64,000 nucleotides of DNA, from assembly GCF_009914755.1 (NCBI RefSeq), contig NC_060927.1; one strand, written 5' to 3'. Source of the stretch: the human T2T-CHM13v2.0 reference genome, Homo sapiens. This document shows, in pieces, positions 46,501 through 59,889 of the stretch (positions are counted from its first letter, which is position 1; each line of letters starts with the position of its first letter). The notes beneath the pieces were generated by a model that did no database searches, was not told where the DNA came from, and was given only the letters and a program-made list of their open reading frames with translations. Both the position numbers and the translations under genes were made by a program.

Positions 46501-49500
46501 AACCTGGGTGGAATCAGGGAAGAACCCTAATCCCACCTGATTTCTGTTTTCGCAGAGAAGAGCCTTCTCTTTCTCTGCTATCTGCTAACTTAATCCTTCT
46601 AAGGGCGGTGGAGTTGCTAACATTCAGGCCAGGTGTTGACCAGGAAGTGAAGCGAGATTATTAAGAGTACACTTACACACAGCAAGCTGCATCACAAGTG
46701 CCTCAGAATGCTTGAAAATGAGGTCCTATCTGGCACAGCTGCCCAGGGTTTGGTGAGTAGATGTATTTGTGCAGGGACAATTGTGCCCCTTTTGCCTTTA
46801 TAGGATGCTTGGTGAGTGAAGCTGGGGCTAGCTTCTAGTTCCTGCTTGTCTCCTCAGGGGATGTTTTCAGCCCTGAATACTCTTTCTTGCTCTCCACTCA
46901 GCACTAGGTGAGGCCAAACTGCAAGGCCAAGCTCTGGACCTTTACTCTCTGTTCAGCTTCTTGGGGCCTATGGTCTTCAAGTTGGGAGAGGCAAATGAAG
47001 GAAAATCTCCTCCTTAGCCCAGCTTGTTCAGTGGTTCATGTGCATTAGGAGTTACTGTGTACCCATCTGGCCCGTGAGTAAAACATCATCAGGTCCCTTC
47101 TACTTAGCATCCCTTGTGATATCCTCTGTCTGCCAGAGTCTTAAAAGGCAGGAGGGGTAAGAGAAATAATAAATCAAACTTCGCCCCGATTTCTAATAAC
47201 AATGGTAATTAATAATATTTATTTTTTATATAATAACAACATGAGGTCTTGTGGTATTTAAAAACTGTTTTTTTAAGGTGATTTTATGTCATGGCTGAAG
47301 ATTTTACACTGTGGCTTCTGACAGAAATGAATGATGTGTAAACCCACATTTTGATCCATCAGAGGCTTCACTTTTGCCCTCCTAGAACACTATTGCCCTA
47401 CCTAGGGCTTATGAAATCCTGTTTGTAAGAATTTAAGCCAGAATATTACTCTAATAATCAGGCCAAGCCTGCTTCATCCAGGTATTCACCTATGACATGA
47501 TCAAAAAGTGTTCTTTAATTAAGTACTTTGTAAGGTGGACCAAAGAATACATTGAACATGACTGAGCCTCATCCACACACAAAGAGGAGAAAGAAATACT
47601 CGTTATAGTTCTATGCATAGACTGTAAGAGATACATAGTGGGTTCTGATCACCATTTCCAAGTCTTGCACAGAACTTTGCAGAACCAGTGTGTTAACCTG
47701 GGCTTGTCTTCCTGCAGCCTTACCTGTTCACATCTGTGGGTTCTCTGTGATCAAGAACTGCCTGCCCTGGGAAATCCATTTGTTTTCCTCCACTCAGTGC
47801 CAAATGCCTTCGTCTTTGTTTCTGCAAGCTCTCAACATTCACTGTAAGTGTTGCTTGTGAGGGGGCTTTCCAGTCTTTTCTTGAGCTTTGCATAATTCTA
47901 CCTGCCTGCCTTTGGTTTAATTCAGGAATGGCTGCGGAGGCTGCAGCTTCTGCTTTTTTCTAAACTGAGTGCCCTTATGCTAGGGGTTTGCCTGAGTCTG
48001 AGGGGTTTCCTGGTACATAGACTTTCAGTGCTAAAAGTAGGAACGTTCCAGGCAAGCCAGGATTTGTTGGCTTCCCTACCTAGTGCCCTGATTGTTTTGT
48101 CCTTCTAGTGGCTGTATTCCCTGTACCTGATGAGAATTGCCTGCTTGCTCTAATGCCAGCCCTTTGACCTTCTGGACTTTCCACCAGCCAGCAGCATGCT
48201 GTGTAACTGAGCTTGCATAGGAATATTGGGTGTGAGTTTGAATTATAATAGATAATTAAATTGAGCCTTTTCCTCTTTTGTGTGTCCTGAGCCTGTGGGA
48301 GAGAAAGCCTCACAGACATAGGTGTTTCCTGTTGTCTGCAGGGTCCTGGCCAAAAGGCAATTCAGAAAGTGGGTCTTACTTTGGCATCCAGCCCCGCCAT
48401 GCTTAGAAGTATTGTTGTGTTTCTCTGGATTAAAATAGCATCTCCACCTCTTCTACACAAAGTTGGCATTCTCTCTTGTTTCAGATCCATTCCATGCCAA
48501 ATATGCTGAGGTTGGTTTGGGAGTTGTGTCACTTTCCTCAGTTTCTCTTGTTTCCATGGTGCTGACATGGCCAACTACCAAATTCCTAGGATTTTTTTTT
48601 TTTAGTTTGAAAAGTCTGGTCTGTTGCCACAGCACCTACAGCCATATGGAACTTTCCAGTGGCAACCATGTGACTCAACAAGGGAGCCAAAATGCAGTTT
48701 ATAAGATCTTCTGGAAATCCGTGCCTATGGGTTTGGCTACAGTGGGTAATGTTCTGATACCATCAACTCCAGGACAGAAGTAATCTGTTTGCAATTCCAA
48801 ACTCATTATTTCTTTATTTGCATTCAGTATCACAAAGCCATTCATGAGAAACCCATTTTTAAAGCCTCATTACTATGAAATTTGTTAAACTGAGTGTAAA
48901 CATTTTATCAGCAATATGTTCTGAAGAGTCTTTTTTCTTTTTTAACCTGAAACATCATTTCACAGCTGCCTGGCTCCTAGGTTGGGTCACAAGTTAATAA
49001 TGTCTCTACCTTGAAACAAAATTAGGCTGTGGCTGCCTGTCTTATAAATTAGGCCACAGTGAGATTTTCATTCCTTATGGCTGCAGCAGTAAGCAGTGCA
49101 TCATCATTATGAAGCTTTCTTTTTTACTGTATCTTGTTCTATCAAGTGTAATCAGAGGGCCAGGAGGGCCTGTGTTCCTTGGAAGGAGATTTCAGGCACA
49201 AAAACATTTGGTTCATGGGCCTCGGGGGAGTCCTGGTGCTTTTCACACTAGGGAGGTTGCTTGGCACAAATGTTGTCCAGACAGCAGAGATGCTCTGGGA
49301 TAGAACGACCTTTCCAAGGGTAGAAACCAGATTCCCCTTTGGCTGACAGCATACTAGAGTTGAAATAGCCTCGACCCTTGACCTTTTCTGATGTTACAAT
49401 ATTTTAAGTTTAGGTTTACACGTTTATGATTCAAAAGTGTGTTTGTCTCTTCCCAGGCACATTGGTTGCAAGTGGTGGAATCCTCACCAAATGAATAGGA

Positions 49501-49570
49501 ATAACTTGTGCTCAGAACAACTAAGCAGAAAAGGGGAAAATTGGGAGGGAACAACCCACTGTCCATCAGG

Positions 49571-50374
49571 TTCACCTGAGTTTATGTTTTTTATTTTTTT
49601 TCTTCTTCTACTTTTATTTTAGGTTCTGGGGGTACATGTGCAGGTCTCTTATATGGATAAATTGTGTGTTGTTGAGGCTTGGAGTACAAATGATCCAGTC
49701 ACTCAGGTAGTGACCACCGGTACCTAATAGGTAGCCTTCCAACCTATACTGTCCTCCCTACCTTTCCTCTCAAGCAGTCCTTGGTGTCTTTTGTTACCAT
49801 CTTTATGTCCATGTGTATTCAGTGTTTAGCTCCCACTTATACGTGAGAACACGTGGTATTTGGTTTTCTGTTCCTGCATTAGTTTGCCTAGGATAATGTC
49901 TTCTGACTTCATCCATATTGCCACAAAGGACATGATTTTGTTTTTGTGTGTGTGTGTGTGGCTGCATAGTATTCCATGGTGTATATGTACTTTCTTTATC
50001 CATGTATATGTGTTTTCTTTATCCAGTCCATCATAGATGGGCACCTAGGTTGATTCCATGTCTTTGCTATTGTGAATAGTACTGCCATGAACACACAAGT
50101 GCATCAGAGCAAGGAAAACCAAAACCAAAATGAGATACTGCCTCATACCAGTCAGAATAGTTATTATTAAAAAGTCAAAGAACAATAGATGCTGGTGAGG
50201 TTGCAGAGAAAAGGGAACATTTATACACTGTTGGTGGGAGTATAAATTAGTTCAACCATTGTGGAAAGCAATGTGGAGATTTCTCAAAAAACTTAAAACA
50301 GAACTCACATTCAACCCAGTAATCCCACTAATGGACATATACCCAAGGGGAAATAAACCATTTCACCTGAGTTT
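49571..50374 (-). mobile_element. Short 5'-inverted old primate L1 (L1PA15-17-like)
   Basis: Minus 3' end at 49584-50104 and plus ORF2 piece at 50102-50362; 13-bp TSD TTCACCTGAGTTT at 49571-49583 and 50362-50374. Confidence 0.9.
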
Positions 50375-51199
50375 TAGTTTTGCCTGCATCTAGTTATGTG
50401 ACCTTAGAGAAATTATTTAGCCTCTCAGCTTCATTTCCTTATCTCCAAAATGAAGATGATAATGCTCACCTTGGAGAGTAATTGTAAAGATTAAAAGATA
50501 AGCCATGGAAAAATTTCAGTAGAGGCTCTTTGCTAGTATAATTATGATGTCTTTTTTTTTTTTTAACTGTTTCTAAAGCTGTAATATCTGAGGAGACCCA
50601 CCAAGCGTTTGTGCTATGCTGTGCTGTAGAGATAAGTGTGTGTTGGAGCTGTAAGTGCAGGGGTATGAAGACCATCTAAGATTCACTGTTGATGAGAGAA
50701 CGGTCCCATCTATTCTCGTCTGAGCAACAACTGTAAAAGAGTACTAGTCGCTTCTTACGTTCGTATAATCATTTCAACTGAACTTTTCTAAAACACATGT
50801 TCCTCACTCCAGGCCTGTGGGCAGCTCATAACTGTTTATCCACATTGGTATTAAGAGAAAAGCTCACTTTGGGGAAGAGTGTAGACTTTTATAGAACATT
50901 TGGAAAGCACTTGCAGCCAGATAACAACAGCTAGCATTAGCCTTTGCCTGCAGTTTTTAGAAGGGCCCTTGGGGAGCACATTCCTTACACTTGTGCCTTT
51001 CATGGAGTTTGGAAATAGAACATTGGTGTTTATGCTATTCCTAGGTTGATGTGAGGTGGTGAGGATCTCCAGAGGCTGAAGGGTTGGTTATAATCACCAG
51101 TCCTCTATGGAGACTGGCCTCACCTCTGGGACCATGTGGGTGGAGACAAAGAACTGGAGTCCCAGAGTCAGTACTTGGGTTCAGGATGGGATGAATCCT

Positions 51200-51230
51200 T
51201 TTGTTGTTGTTGTTGTTGTTGTTGTTTTTT
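51200..51230. repeat. (TTG)n microsatellite
   Basis: Direct reading. Confidence 0.9.
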
Positions 51231-51309
51231 AGTGCTGAGCTTCTGTTCCCAGGACCCTGATTATAATGCCATCTCCTAGGCACAAATTCTAAGACCAATA
51301 TTATATTAG

Positions 51310-51965
51310 TTGTTCAAACTTCCAGGGGACCACAGTCCCTGCCATTAAAGAAGTTATAATGGGGAGAGATGTATCCCTATATAAAATTATCAAAAACATG
51401 ATAAATGCTCAGATAAAGGGTGTGTTATGTTAGGAGGAAACCTAATGAGGTCCTGAGAAATTAGAGAGCTTCTAGAAAGACAAGGTTCTGAAGGGTAGGT
51501 AGGAATTTGCTAAGTGAAGAGAGTGACAGTGTCGTAAAAGTAAAACAGTATATGTAACTTTCAGGAGGCAGAGAAAGCACAGTGCATTTGAGTAACTGAA
51601 ATTGATTTGCAATAGTTGAAGGACAAGTGTTTGCTGGAGTTTGGAGTGAGGAAATATCAAGCACGAGTAAGATCATGCTTGACCTAGTACAGTGCAGAAA
51701 GGAGCTGGAGTTTGTACTTAAGACAATGGGGAATCCATTGAATAATTTTATAAAGAGGAATGACATGATCAAATTTGCAATAGAGAAAGTTCATTCTGTG
51801 GTGTGTGTGAAACATAGAGGTGAACCATGATATTGGCCTTAATTAGAGAAGTGGCAGTAAGTAGTGGATAGTGAAGTGTGTTAATAGGCAGAAGAAGATA
51901 AAAGAATAAAAAATAAGACCTAGGTTTCTAGACTAAGCTACAAAAAGTTAGGTGGTAAAGGAATC
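51310..51965 (-). mobile_element. L2 fragment
   Basis: CAATGGGGAATCCATTGAA...GGAATGACATGATCAAATTTGC. Confidence 0.65.
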
Positions 51966-52091
51966 CTATTAGTTTTTTTTTTATTATTACAAATCTCTGG
52001 TAAAATGCTTTTTTAATCTATTTTCTTGATCATCATAATAATAGTTGTTTTAAAGTACATATTTGATAACTCTATTTTCTGGGTCTATTTA

Positions 52092-54087
52092 TACTGGCTC
52101 CTATTTTGTTTCTTTATTTCTTCTAAAAAAAAATGGGATACATTTGCGTAACGTGCAGGTTTGTTACATAGGTATATGTGTGCCATGGTGGTTGGCTGCA
52201 CCTACTGACCTGTCCTCTAAGTTCCCTCCCCTCACTCCGCACCCCCAGCAGGCCCTGGTGTTTGTTGTTCCCCTCTCTGTGCCCACGTGTTCTCAATGTT
52301 CAACTCCCATTTATGAGTGAGAACATGTTGTTTCGTTTGCTGTTCCTGTGTTAGTTTGCTGAGGATGATGGCTTCCAGCTTCATCCATGTCCCTTCAAAG
52401 GACATGATCTCATTCCTTTTTATGGCTGCATAGTATTCCATGGTGTATATGTACCATATTTTCTTTACCCAGCCTATCACTGATGGGCATTTGGGTTGGT
52501 TCCATGTCTTTGCTATTGTAAATAATACTGCAATAAACATACATATGTATGTGTCTTTATAGTAGAATGATTTATATTCCTTTGGGTATATACCCAGTAA
52601 TGCGATTGCTGGGTCAAATGGTGTTTCTCATCCTAGATCCTTGAGGAATCGCCACACTGTCTTCCACAATGGTTGAACTAATTTACATTCCCACCAACAG
52701 TGTAAAAGCGTTCCTATTTCTCCACAGCCTCACCAGCATCTATTGTTTCCTGACTTTTTAATAATTGCCATTCTGACTGGTGTGAGATGATATCTCATTG
52801 TGCTTTTGATTTGCATTTCTCTGATGATCAGTGATGTTGAGTTTTTTTTTCATATGTTTTTTGGCCACATAAATGTCTTCTTTTGAGAAGTGTCTGTTCA
52901 TATCCTTTGCCCACTTTTTAATGAGGTTGTTTGTCGTATGTTTAAGTTTCTTGTAAATTCTGGATATTAGATCTTTGTCAGATGGGTAGATCGCAAATAT
53001 TTTCTCTCATTCTGTAGGTTGCCTGTTCACTCTGATGACAGTTTCTTCTGTTCAGAATCTCTTTAGTTTAATTAGATCCCATTTGTCAATTTTGGCTTTT
53101 GTTGCAATTGCTTTTGGTGTTTTTGTCAGGAAGTCTTTGCCCATGCCTATTTCCTGAATTGTATTGCCTGTGTTTTCTTCTAGGGTTTTTATGGTTTTGG
53201 GTCTTACATTTAAATCTTTAATACATCTTGAGTTAATTTTTGTATACGGTTTAAGGAAGGGGTCCAGTTTCACTTTTCTGCATATGGCTAGCCAGTTTTT
53301 CCAGCACCATTTACTGAGTAGGAGATCCTTTCCCCATTGCTTGTTTTTGTCAGGTTTGTTGAGGATCAGATGGTTGTAGATGTGTGGTGTTATTTCTGAG
53401 GTCTCTGTTCTGCTTCATTCGTCTATATGTCTGTTTTGGAATCAGTACCATGCTGTCTTGGTGACTGTAGCCTTGTAGTATAGTTTGAAGTCAGGTAGCG
53501 TGATGCCTCCAGCTTTGTTCTTTTTGCTTTGTTCTTTCGTCTTGGCTATACGGGGTCTTCTTTGATTCCATATGAAATTTAAAATACTTTTTTCTAATTC
53601 TTTGAAGAATGTCAATGGTAGTATGATGGGAATAGCATTGAATCTATATATAACTTTGAGCAGTATGGCCCTTTTCATGATACTGATTCTTCCTATCCAT
53701 GAGAATGGAATGTTTTTCTATTTGTTTGTGTCCTGTCTTATTTCCTTGAGCAGTGGTTTGTAGCTCTCCTTGAAGAGGTTCTTCACATCCCTTGTTAGCT
53801 GTATTCCTAGGTATTTTATTCTCTTTGTAGTAATTGTGAATGGGAGTTCATTCATGATTTGGTTCTCTGCTTGCATATTGTTGGTGTAAAGGAATGCTTG
53901 TGATGTTTGCACATTGATTTTGTATCCTGAGACTTGCTGAAGTTGCTTATCAGTTCAAGGAGTTTTTGGGCTGAGAAGATGCGGTTTTCTAAATGTAAAA
54001 TCATGTCACCTACAAACCAAGACAACTTGACTTCCTCTCTTCCTATTTGAATACTGTTTATTTCTTTGTCTTTACTGGCTCTATTTT
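52092..54087 (-). mobile_element. 5'-truncated L1 (L1PA8-like), ~2 kb
   Basis: 3' end reads GTATCCCATTTTTTTTTAGAAGAAATAAA on minus; ORF2 remnants; TSD TACTGGCTC(C)TATTTT at 52092-52107 and 54073-54087. Confidence 0.9.
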
Positions 54088-54239
54088 TCTCTTGGATTTC
54101 AATGATTTAGTCTCTTTTTGTGGCATGTCTTGTAATTTTTGTTTGAAATTTTTATTGAATTATGAACACTGTATTTAAACATTTTAGAAACTTTGGATGA
54201 TGTGTTCTGTTGTCTTATGCCTGGGAGAAGAATAAGTCC

Positions 54240-54842
54240 CCTGCCTCCGCCTTTATCTCCCCCTCCTCTTCTTCTCTTTTTTTCTTTTTCTTCTTCTGGT
54301 TTTGAATCTTTAATGAGAAAAACAAATATAATATTGATCTCAAGAACACTGTGTGTTTGATGTGTCATCAGGTCAAGGGTTGAAGATATACATGACAGAG
54401 AGAGCAAACATAATATACATAAAGAAAGATATATACACAATCACAGAATGAAAAATTGGTGTCTGTACTGGCTAAGTTTCAATTTCCTCATCATTCAGCA
54501 GCATTTTGGGGGATCCTGAGGCTAATGAAGAACAGATTCCTGCAGCACATTGTGCATCTTCCTCAGAAATTTCTCCTCATGCTCTTACCCTTAGATTGGC
54601 CTTTTAAACACCTCAACCAGAAGCAAGATATTGGCCACCCTCAGAAGCACTGCCCACTTCATGTTGGGTACCATACATGCCACCAAGTCAGGATGACTGC
54701 TGTAGGGTTGATGTGAACCTCTGTGGCCTAGAGTCACCTGGGAAAGCCAGAGGGCCTCACCCCACACATGTGGGAGCTCAGCAGGTTGTGGGTGAGTAGC
54801 TTCATGTTGCTGTAACTCTTTCTCTAGGTCAGACCAGAAAGG
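54240..54842 (-). pseudogene. TRMT112P: TRMT112 processed pseudogene (CDS remnant 54805-54472)
   Basis: Minus translation MKLLTHNLLSSH.CGV..SGFP.*L*ATEV.INP..., PDLVACMVPNMKW, EHEEKFLRKMH, MLLNDEEIET*; intronless; ATTAAA at 54309-54314; decayed A-tail; flanking repeat GAATAAGTC at 54230-54238 and 54843-54851. Confidence 0.9.
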
Positions 54843-56502
54843 GAATAAGTCTTCCTGCAAGCAGACAGGATATGGAGAAATCACGTTGATTCAGTGTAGG
54901 CTTTCTATTTATGATTTGTCCTTACCCCTAAAACAGCCCTTCTGGAGTCTCAACTGAAACTCTTGTGTTTACCAGGGCTTTACTCATGGCAGGCCCCAAA
55001 CACCAATTTTTGTTTTCCTAGCACCATGAGGGTGTATAATCCTATGCTAAGATTTTTACTGTCTTGAAAGTTTTTTTCCACTTGGTTTCTCTGTCTCAAC
55101 CAACATGTAGCTTGGAAATAATAAAATGTCTCAAGAAGGAATTGTATATCAGTTTTATCTTTTTGTGGTTCCCTCTTCTCTAGCATTTTGGGCCTCAAGT
55201 TTTGATTTCTTTGTAGCCTGAACTCTAATTTTTGTCTATCCAGCCCAGTGAGACTTCTGTGAGCTCTAGGGCACTGCCTTGCTTCTCCCCTTCACCCCAT
55301 GCCAGGAAATGATAAACAACTCAAATAGAAAACACATTATTGAATGCAAGGCTCATCACAAAATGTTTCTGTTTTTCAGAGGCGTTTGGCCCCTCAGGTC
55401 TTAGATGCTTTGGTTATTTTCTGATGCCACCAGACAGCTGTTTTGGGACTGTTATCCAGCTTTTATAGTTTTTCTTAGCCCAAGTTAGTCTGATACTATC
55501 CACTCTATCTTAATTGGAACTGTAAATCTGGTCTTAATGTATTTCTTAAATATTCATAAACACAAAACTAGATTCAAATTCCTATATTTATAGGCTAATG
55601 CAAAAATATCAAAACAAATTAAGAAATTTCAACCATTAAATGTGATTAACAAATTTAACCAATTTAAAAAATTGATTAAACTTTTTTAATCCATGATGGA
55701 TGATGGATTAAGATTTGTGACTATCTCCCAATTTCAGGTTTTTAATTGTGCTGTGTGATTATTCAATTCTCATATCTCCTTTCTCTATTTCTGCAATGTA
55801 ATAACTTAAACTACAATTCATACCATGTGCTGTGACATTATTTGGCCTTCAGTTTGCATAAGCATTTTATTTATACATAGGATTCAACTATGTTCTTTTC
55901 ATTTTGGCTCTGAGCACTTAAAATAGTGTTTTTTGGCACCAACACAATGATAGAAATGAACACAAATGTAGGCACTGAAATGTCACTGCAGTCCTTGCCT
56001 CTGGGTGGTCATCTTGATATTTCAGGATGTACTTATGTTAATGTTCTTAGATGATCATTAAAATGAAAATACAAATTTAAAAAATTACCCATATTGAGGC
56101 TTTAAGACTCTATGAATATGAAAGTGGACTCTAGTTATTGAAACAGCTCAGCCATGAGACCCAGCAGGGTAGGGTAGATCTGCTTGGGTCCCAACTCTCC
56201 TACTCTGTTCTTCATAGCCTTTTAACACCCACCTGTGACAAATTGCACCAAGCTCAGAAACCCTTCCTTGAAACCTCTAGGATCCCTTGGGAGCCCTCTA
56301 CACTAACAGAAACCTTCCCCTTTCCCAGCCCTTGGCTAGCACCTGTTGCTCTCTTTCTCATTAACGAGGAGCAGGTGGCTGCTGAGGCACTGAGTTTCTC
56401 TTCCTGAGAAAACCTGAGATATAGGAAATCCCAGGGTGACAGGTACAGCTTCAGCCTCAACCTAGCATTTGCCACCTTCTTTCAATAGTTGAGAGAGTGT
56501 GT

Positions 56503-56882
56503 GAGTTAGGGACTGAATTGTGTCCGCCAAAATTTACATGTTAAAGTTCCAACCCCCAGTACTTCAGAATATCACTGTATTTGGAGATATGGTCTTTAAA
56601 GAGATAATTAAGTTAAAATGAGGTTATTAGGGTAGGCTCTAAGCCAATATTACTGGCATTATGACCTTACCAGAAGAGAAAATTTGGACACAGAGAGATA
56701 AGACCATGTGAAGGCACAGGAACAAGACAGCAATCTATGATGAAAGGAGAGAGCCTCAGAAAACTAACTTTGCTTACACCTTAATCTTGGACTTCTAGCC
56801 TCCAGATCTACAAGAAAATATATTTCTGTTGTTCAACATACCCCATTGGTGGTACATTGTTCTGGTAGCCCTAGCAACTAAG
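56503..56882 (+). mobile_element. MLT1A/B-like LTR
   Basis: GACTGAATTGTGTCC, GTATTTGGAGATA, AAGTTAAAATGAGGT, CTTGGACTTCTAGCCTCCAGA, GCCCTAGCAACTAA. Confidence 0.85.
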
Positions 56883-57419
56883 AGAGAGGGAGGGAGAAGA
56901 AGGGGGAGTAGGGGGAGAGAGAGGATGAGAATAGGGGAGGGGTAGAGAGGAAGTGAGAAATAAAATGAAAGAGGAGAGAGACAAGTTCAAGGTTTGTCAA
57001 GCATGCAGATGTGATCCTGGCTGCTGGTGAGTGCAGGAGTCAAGGGGGAGGCTGAGGGAATACCACTCTGGCTGCATCCCAGTCACTAAGGGTCTGTGCT
57101 TTCAGAGAAAACAAGACACTGCCTGAAGACTCAGGCTTTTATTTTGGAATGTGTTATACAACAGCAGCAAAAAGCAGCGGGCATCCTTGCTTTTCCTAAG
57201 TGTATGTTCTCCTTTCTGGGTCTGGCTGACCATGGGATTGAACAGACAGGATGATGAAGTGACCAACTCATAACCCAGAGCAGGAAGAAGCAGGGACAGA
57301 TCTGGATGCAGAAAGTAAGCAGAGCTGATACAGATCTAGGTGCTGTTTAAAAAATCTTATAATCTTAAAACACACACACACATAGATATATTAAAGCCAA
57401 CTTCCATAAGTTGGAATAT

Positions 57420-57650
57420 TGGGAAATATATTGGACTTGGAGTTAAAGGGACTTGAATTTAAATCTCCACTCCCCCACTTAGTTGTGAATAACCTGGGTA
57501 AGACACTTAAAGTCCCTGAAACTGTTTTTGAATCCATAAAATGAAGATAATGACATCTGCATCACCACATTATTAGAGAATTAAATAAGAAAAATGTGTG
57601 GAAAGGGAGTTTGGCTGGTGTCCGGCACAGAGTAGGAGCTCGATAGATGT
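57420..57650 (+). mobile_element. MIR
   Basis: GGACTTGGAGTTAAAGGGACTTGAATTTAAATC...ATAAAATGAAGATAAT...GGCACAGAGTAGGAGCTC. Confidence 0.65.
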
Positions 57651-59592
57651 CACTTTTCTCTTTCAAGAAGAAATAAATCCTTTCCTTCCACTACCCAAGT
57701 GTAGAGTCCTTAACATTCAACAGTCACTCTGAAGTGTAAATTTAAAATGCTTGGTTATCTCTTGAGATTGGGTTTGATGGGAGTGAGGGTGTGGAGTATT
57801 GGGTGAAATACCAAAGTGAATGGAAGTAGGAGTGAGTGGGCGGGGGAAGGGGATGGACTGAAGAGGACACCTGGGGACATGGGGAAGGTTGACTTCATCA
57901 TCAGAACAGCCCACCAAAGGGGGTGACAACCCTGTGGCTGCCACAGGGTGGGGTATCCTGCAAGTTAAGTGAGCTGAGGTGAGCCAGGTGTCTGGACCTG
58001 GGCAGCAGGAGGTGTAGCCTTGTTGAGGAGCTAAGGTGGGCTTCAGGAGAAACAGTCCAACAGTGGTGGCAGGGCTGGTCTATGCTCCTCTTCAGGTTTC
58101 TGAGACCTGGCTACAAACTGAAATGCTAAAACAAAGGGAGCCAGAGAAGTTATATAAGAAAGCCTGGGAGCAAAGAAGAGGCCAAGTTTCTCTCTGTCTT
58201 GGTTACTGTTTCTCACCAGAGAACAGCAACCATAGCAATTAACCCAACGGAAAAGCCTATGTCAGCAAACATACTCAAGGCTTGACTATCACCCTAATGT
58301 TTTCAGTGCCTGTAGTATGGTAGACACTTACATGCATTCATAATCTTCTTTAGATATCTCGTTTTATGTTAGGGAGGCTGAAAAAAGGTAAAGTCACCTG
58401 AACAAGGCCACAGGTTGTTGATTCAAAAGTTATGAATGTGAGACAGCTAATCATGGGAAGGATGACGGGGTCTCCTCCAAGGTTGGGCATAAGCTCCTGG
58501 ATAGAACATACATCAGTGTGCTGTTCCTGTCCTGCAGTCAGAAAAGGGAAAACCTTGTACGGTGATTAGCTGGAATTGTTTCTAATATGGGCTGTGTGGG
58601 TGTGGGTGTTGGGGTGGAGAGTGGGGACCCAAAAATAAGGAAGAGATACTTCTAATTTTATTATTTGGGTCTGTTCCAGTATCTAGCCTAAAGCCAGGCA
58701 CTTGGTAATTGTTCAGTATGTGCTTATTGAAGAATTGAAGGAGGAGAGGGAGAGCAAAAGGAGGCAAGGGGGAAAAGGAGTTATTACTAAAATAACTAAC
58801 ATTTACATAGTGCTTACTATGTTCTGTATGTTCCCTAAGAGTAATTTAATTCTCCCATCATTGTTATGAGGTAGGTTTTTATCACCATCATCATCACCAT
58901 TTTATTTATTCATTTATTAATAATTTCAACTTTCATTTTAGATTCAGGGGTTTCATGTGCAGGCTCGTTACATGGGTATATTGTGTGATGCTGAGCTTTG
59001 GAGTATACGATTGATCCCATCACCCAGGTAGTCAGCATAGTACTCAATAGTTTTTCAGCCTTTGCCCCACTCCCTTCCTTCCCTCTTTAGTAGTCACCAG
59101 TGTCTATTGTTGCCATCTTTATGTCCACGTGCATCAATGTTTAGCTTCTACTTATAAGTGAGAACATGTGGTGTTTGGTTTTCTGTTCCTGTGTTAGTTC
59201 ACTTAGGATAATGACCTCCAGCTGCATCCACGTAACTGCAAAGAACATGATTTCACTGTATTTTTTATGACTGTGTAGTATTCCATGAGGTATATGTACC
59301 ACATTTTCCTTATCCAATCCACTGTTGATGGGCACCTAGATTGATTCCATAGCTTTGCTTTTGTGAGTAGTGCTGTGATGAACATGCAAGTTCATGTGTT
59401 TTTTTTTTTGGTAGAATGATTTATTTTCCTTTGGATATATACCCAGTAAGGGCATTGCTGGGTCAAATGGTAGTTGCGTTTTAAGTTCTTTGAGAAATCC
59501 CCTAACTGCTTCCCATAAAGGCTGAATTAATTTACATTCTCACCAACATGAATACACATTCCCTTCTCTCTACAACTTCAACAGTATCTGTT

Positions 59593-59889
59593 GTTTATTT
59601 ATTTATTTTGAGACAGGGTCTCACTCTGTCACCAAGGCTAGTGTGCAGTGGTGTGATTATGGCTCACTGCAGCCTTGACCTCCTAGGCTCAAGTCATTCT
59701 TTTGCCTCGGTCTCCTAAGTAAGCTGGGACTACAGGCATGTGCCACCATATTTTTTTGATTTTTTTTTTAATACGGACAGGGTCTCACTATATTGCCCAG
59801 GCTATTCTTGAACTCCTGATCTCAACTGATCCTCCTGCCCCAGCCACCCAAAGTGTTGGGATTACAGGTGTGTGCCACCATGCCCAGCC
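59593..59889 (-). mobile_element. AluJ nested in L1
   Basis: GAGACAGGGTCTCACTCTGTCACC..GCAGCCTTGACCTCCTAGGCTCAAG. Confidence 0.9.

Noticed and set aside
55652-55682. 12-bp AT-rich inverted repeat
   Set aside because: Short, imperfect and expected by chance in AT-rich sequence
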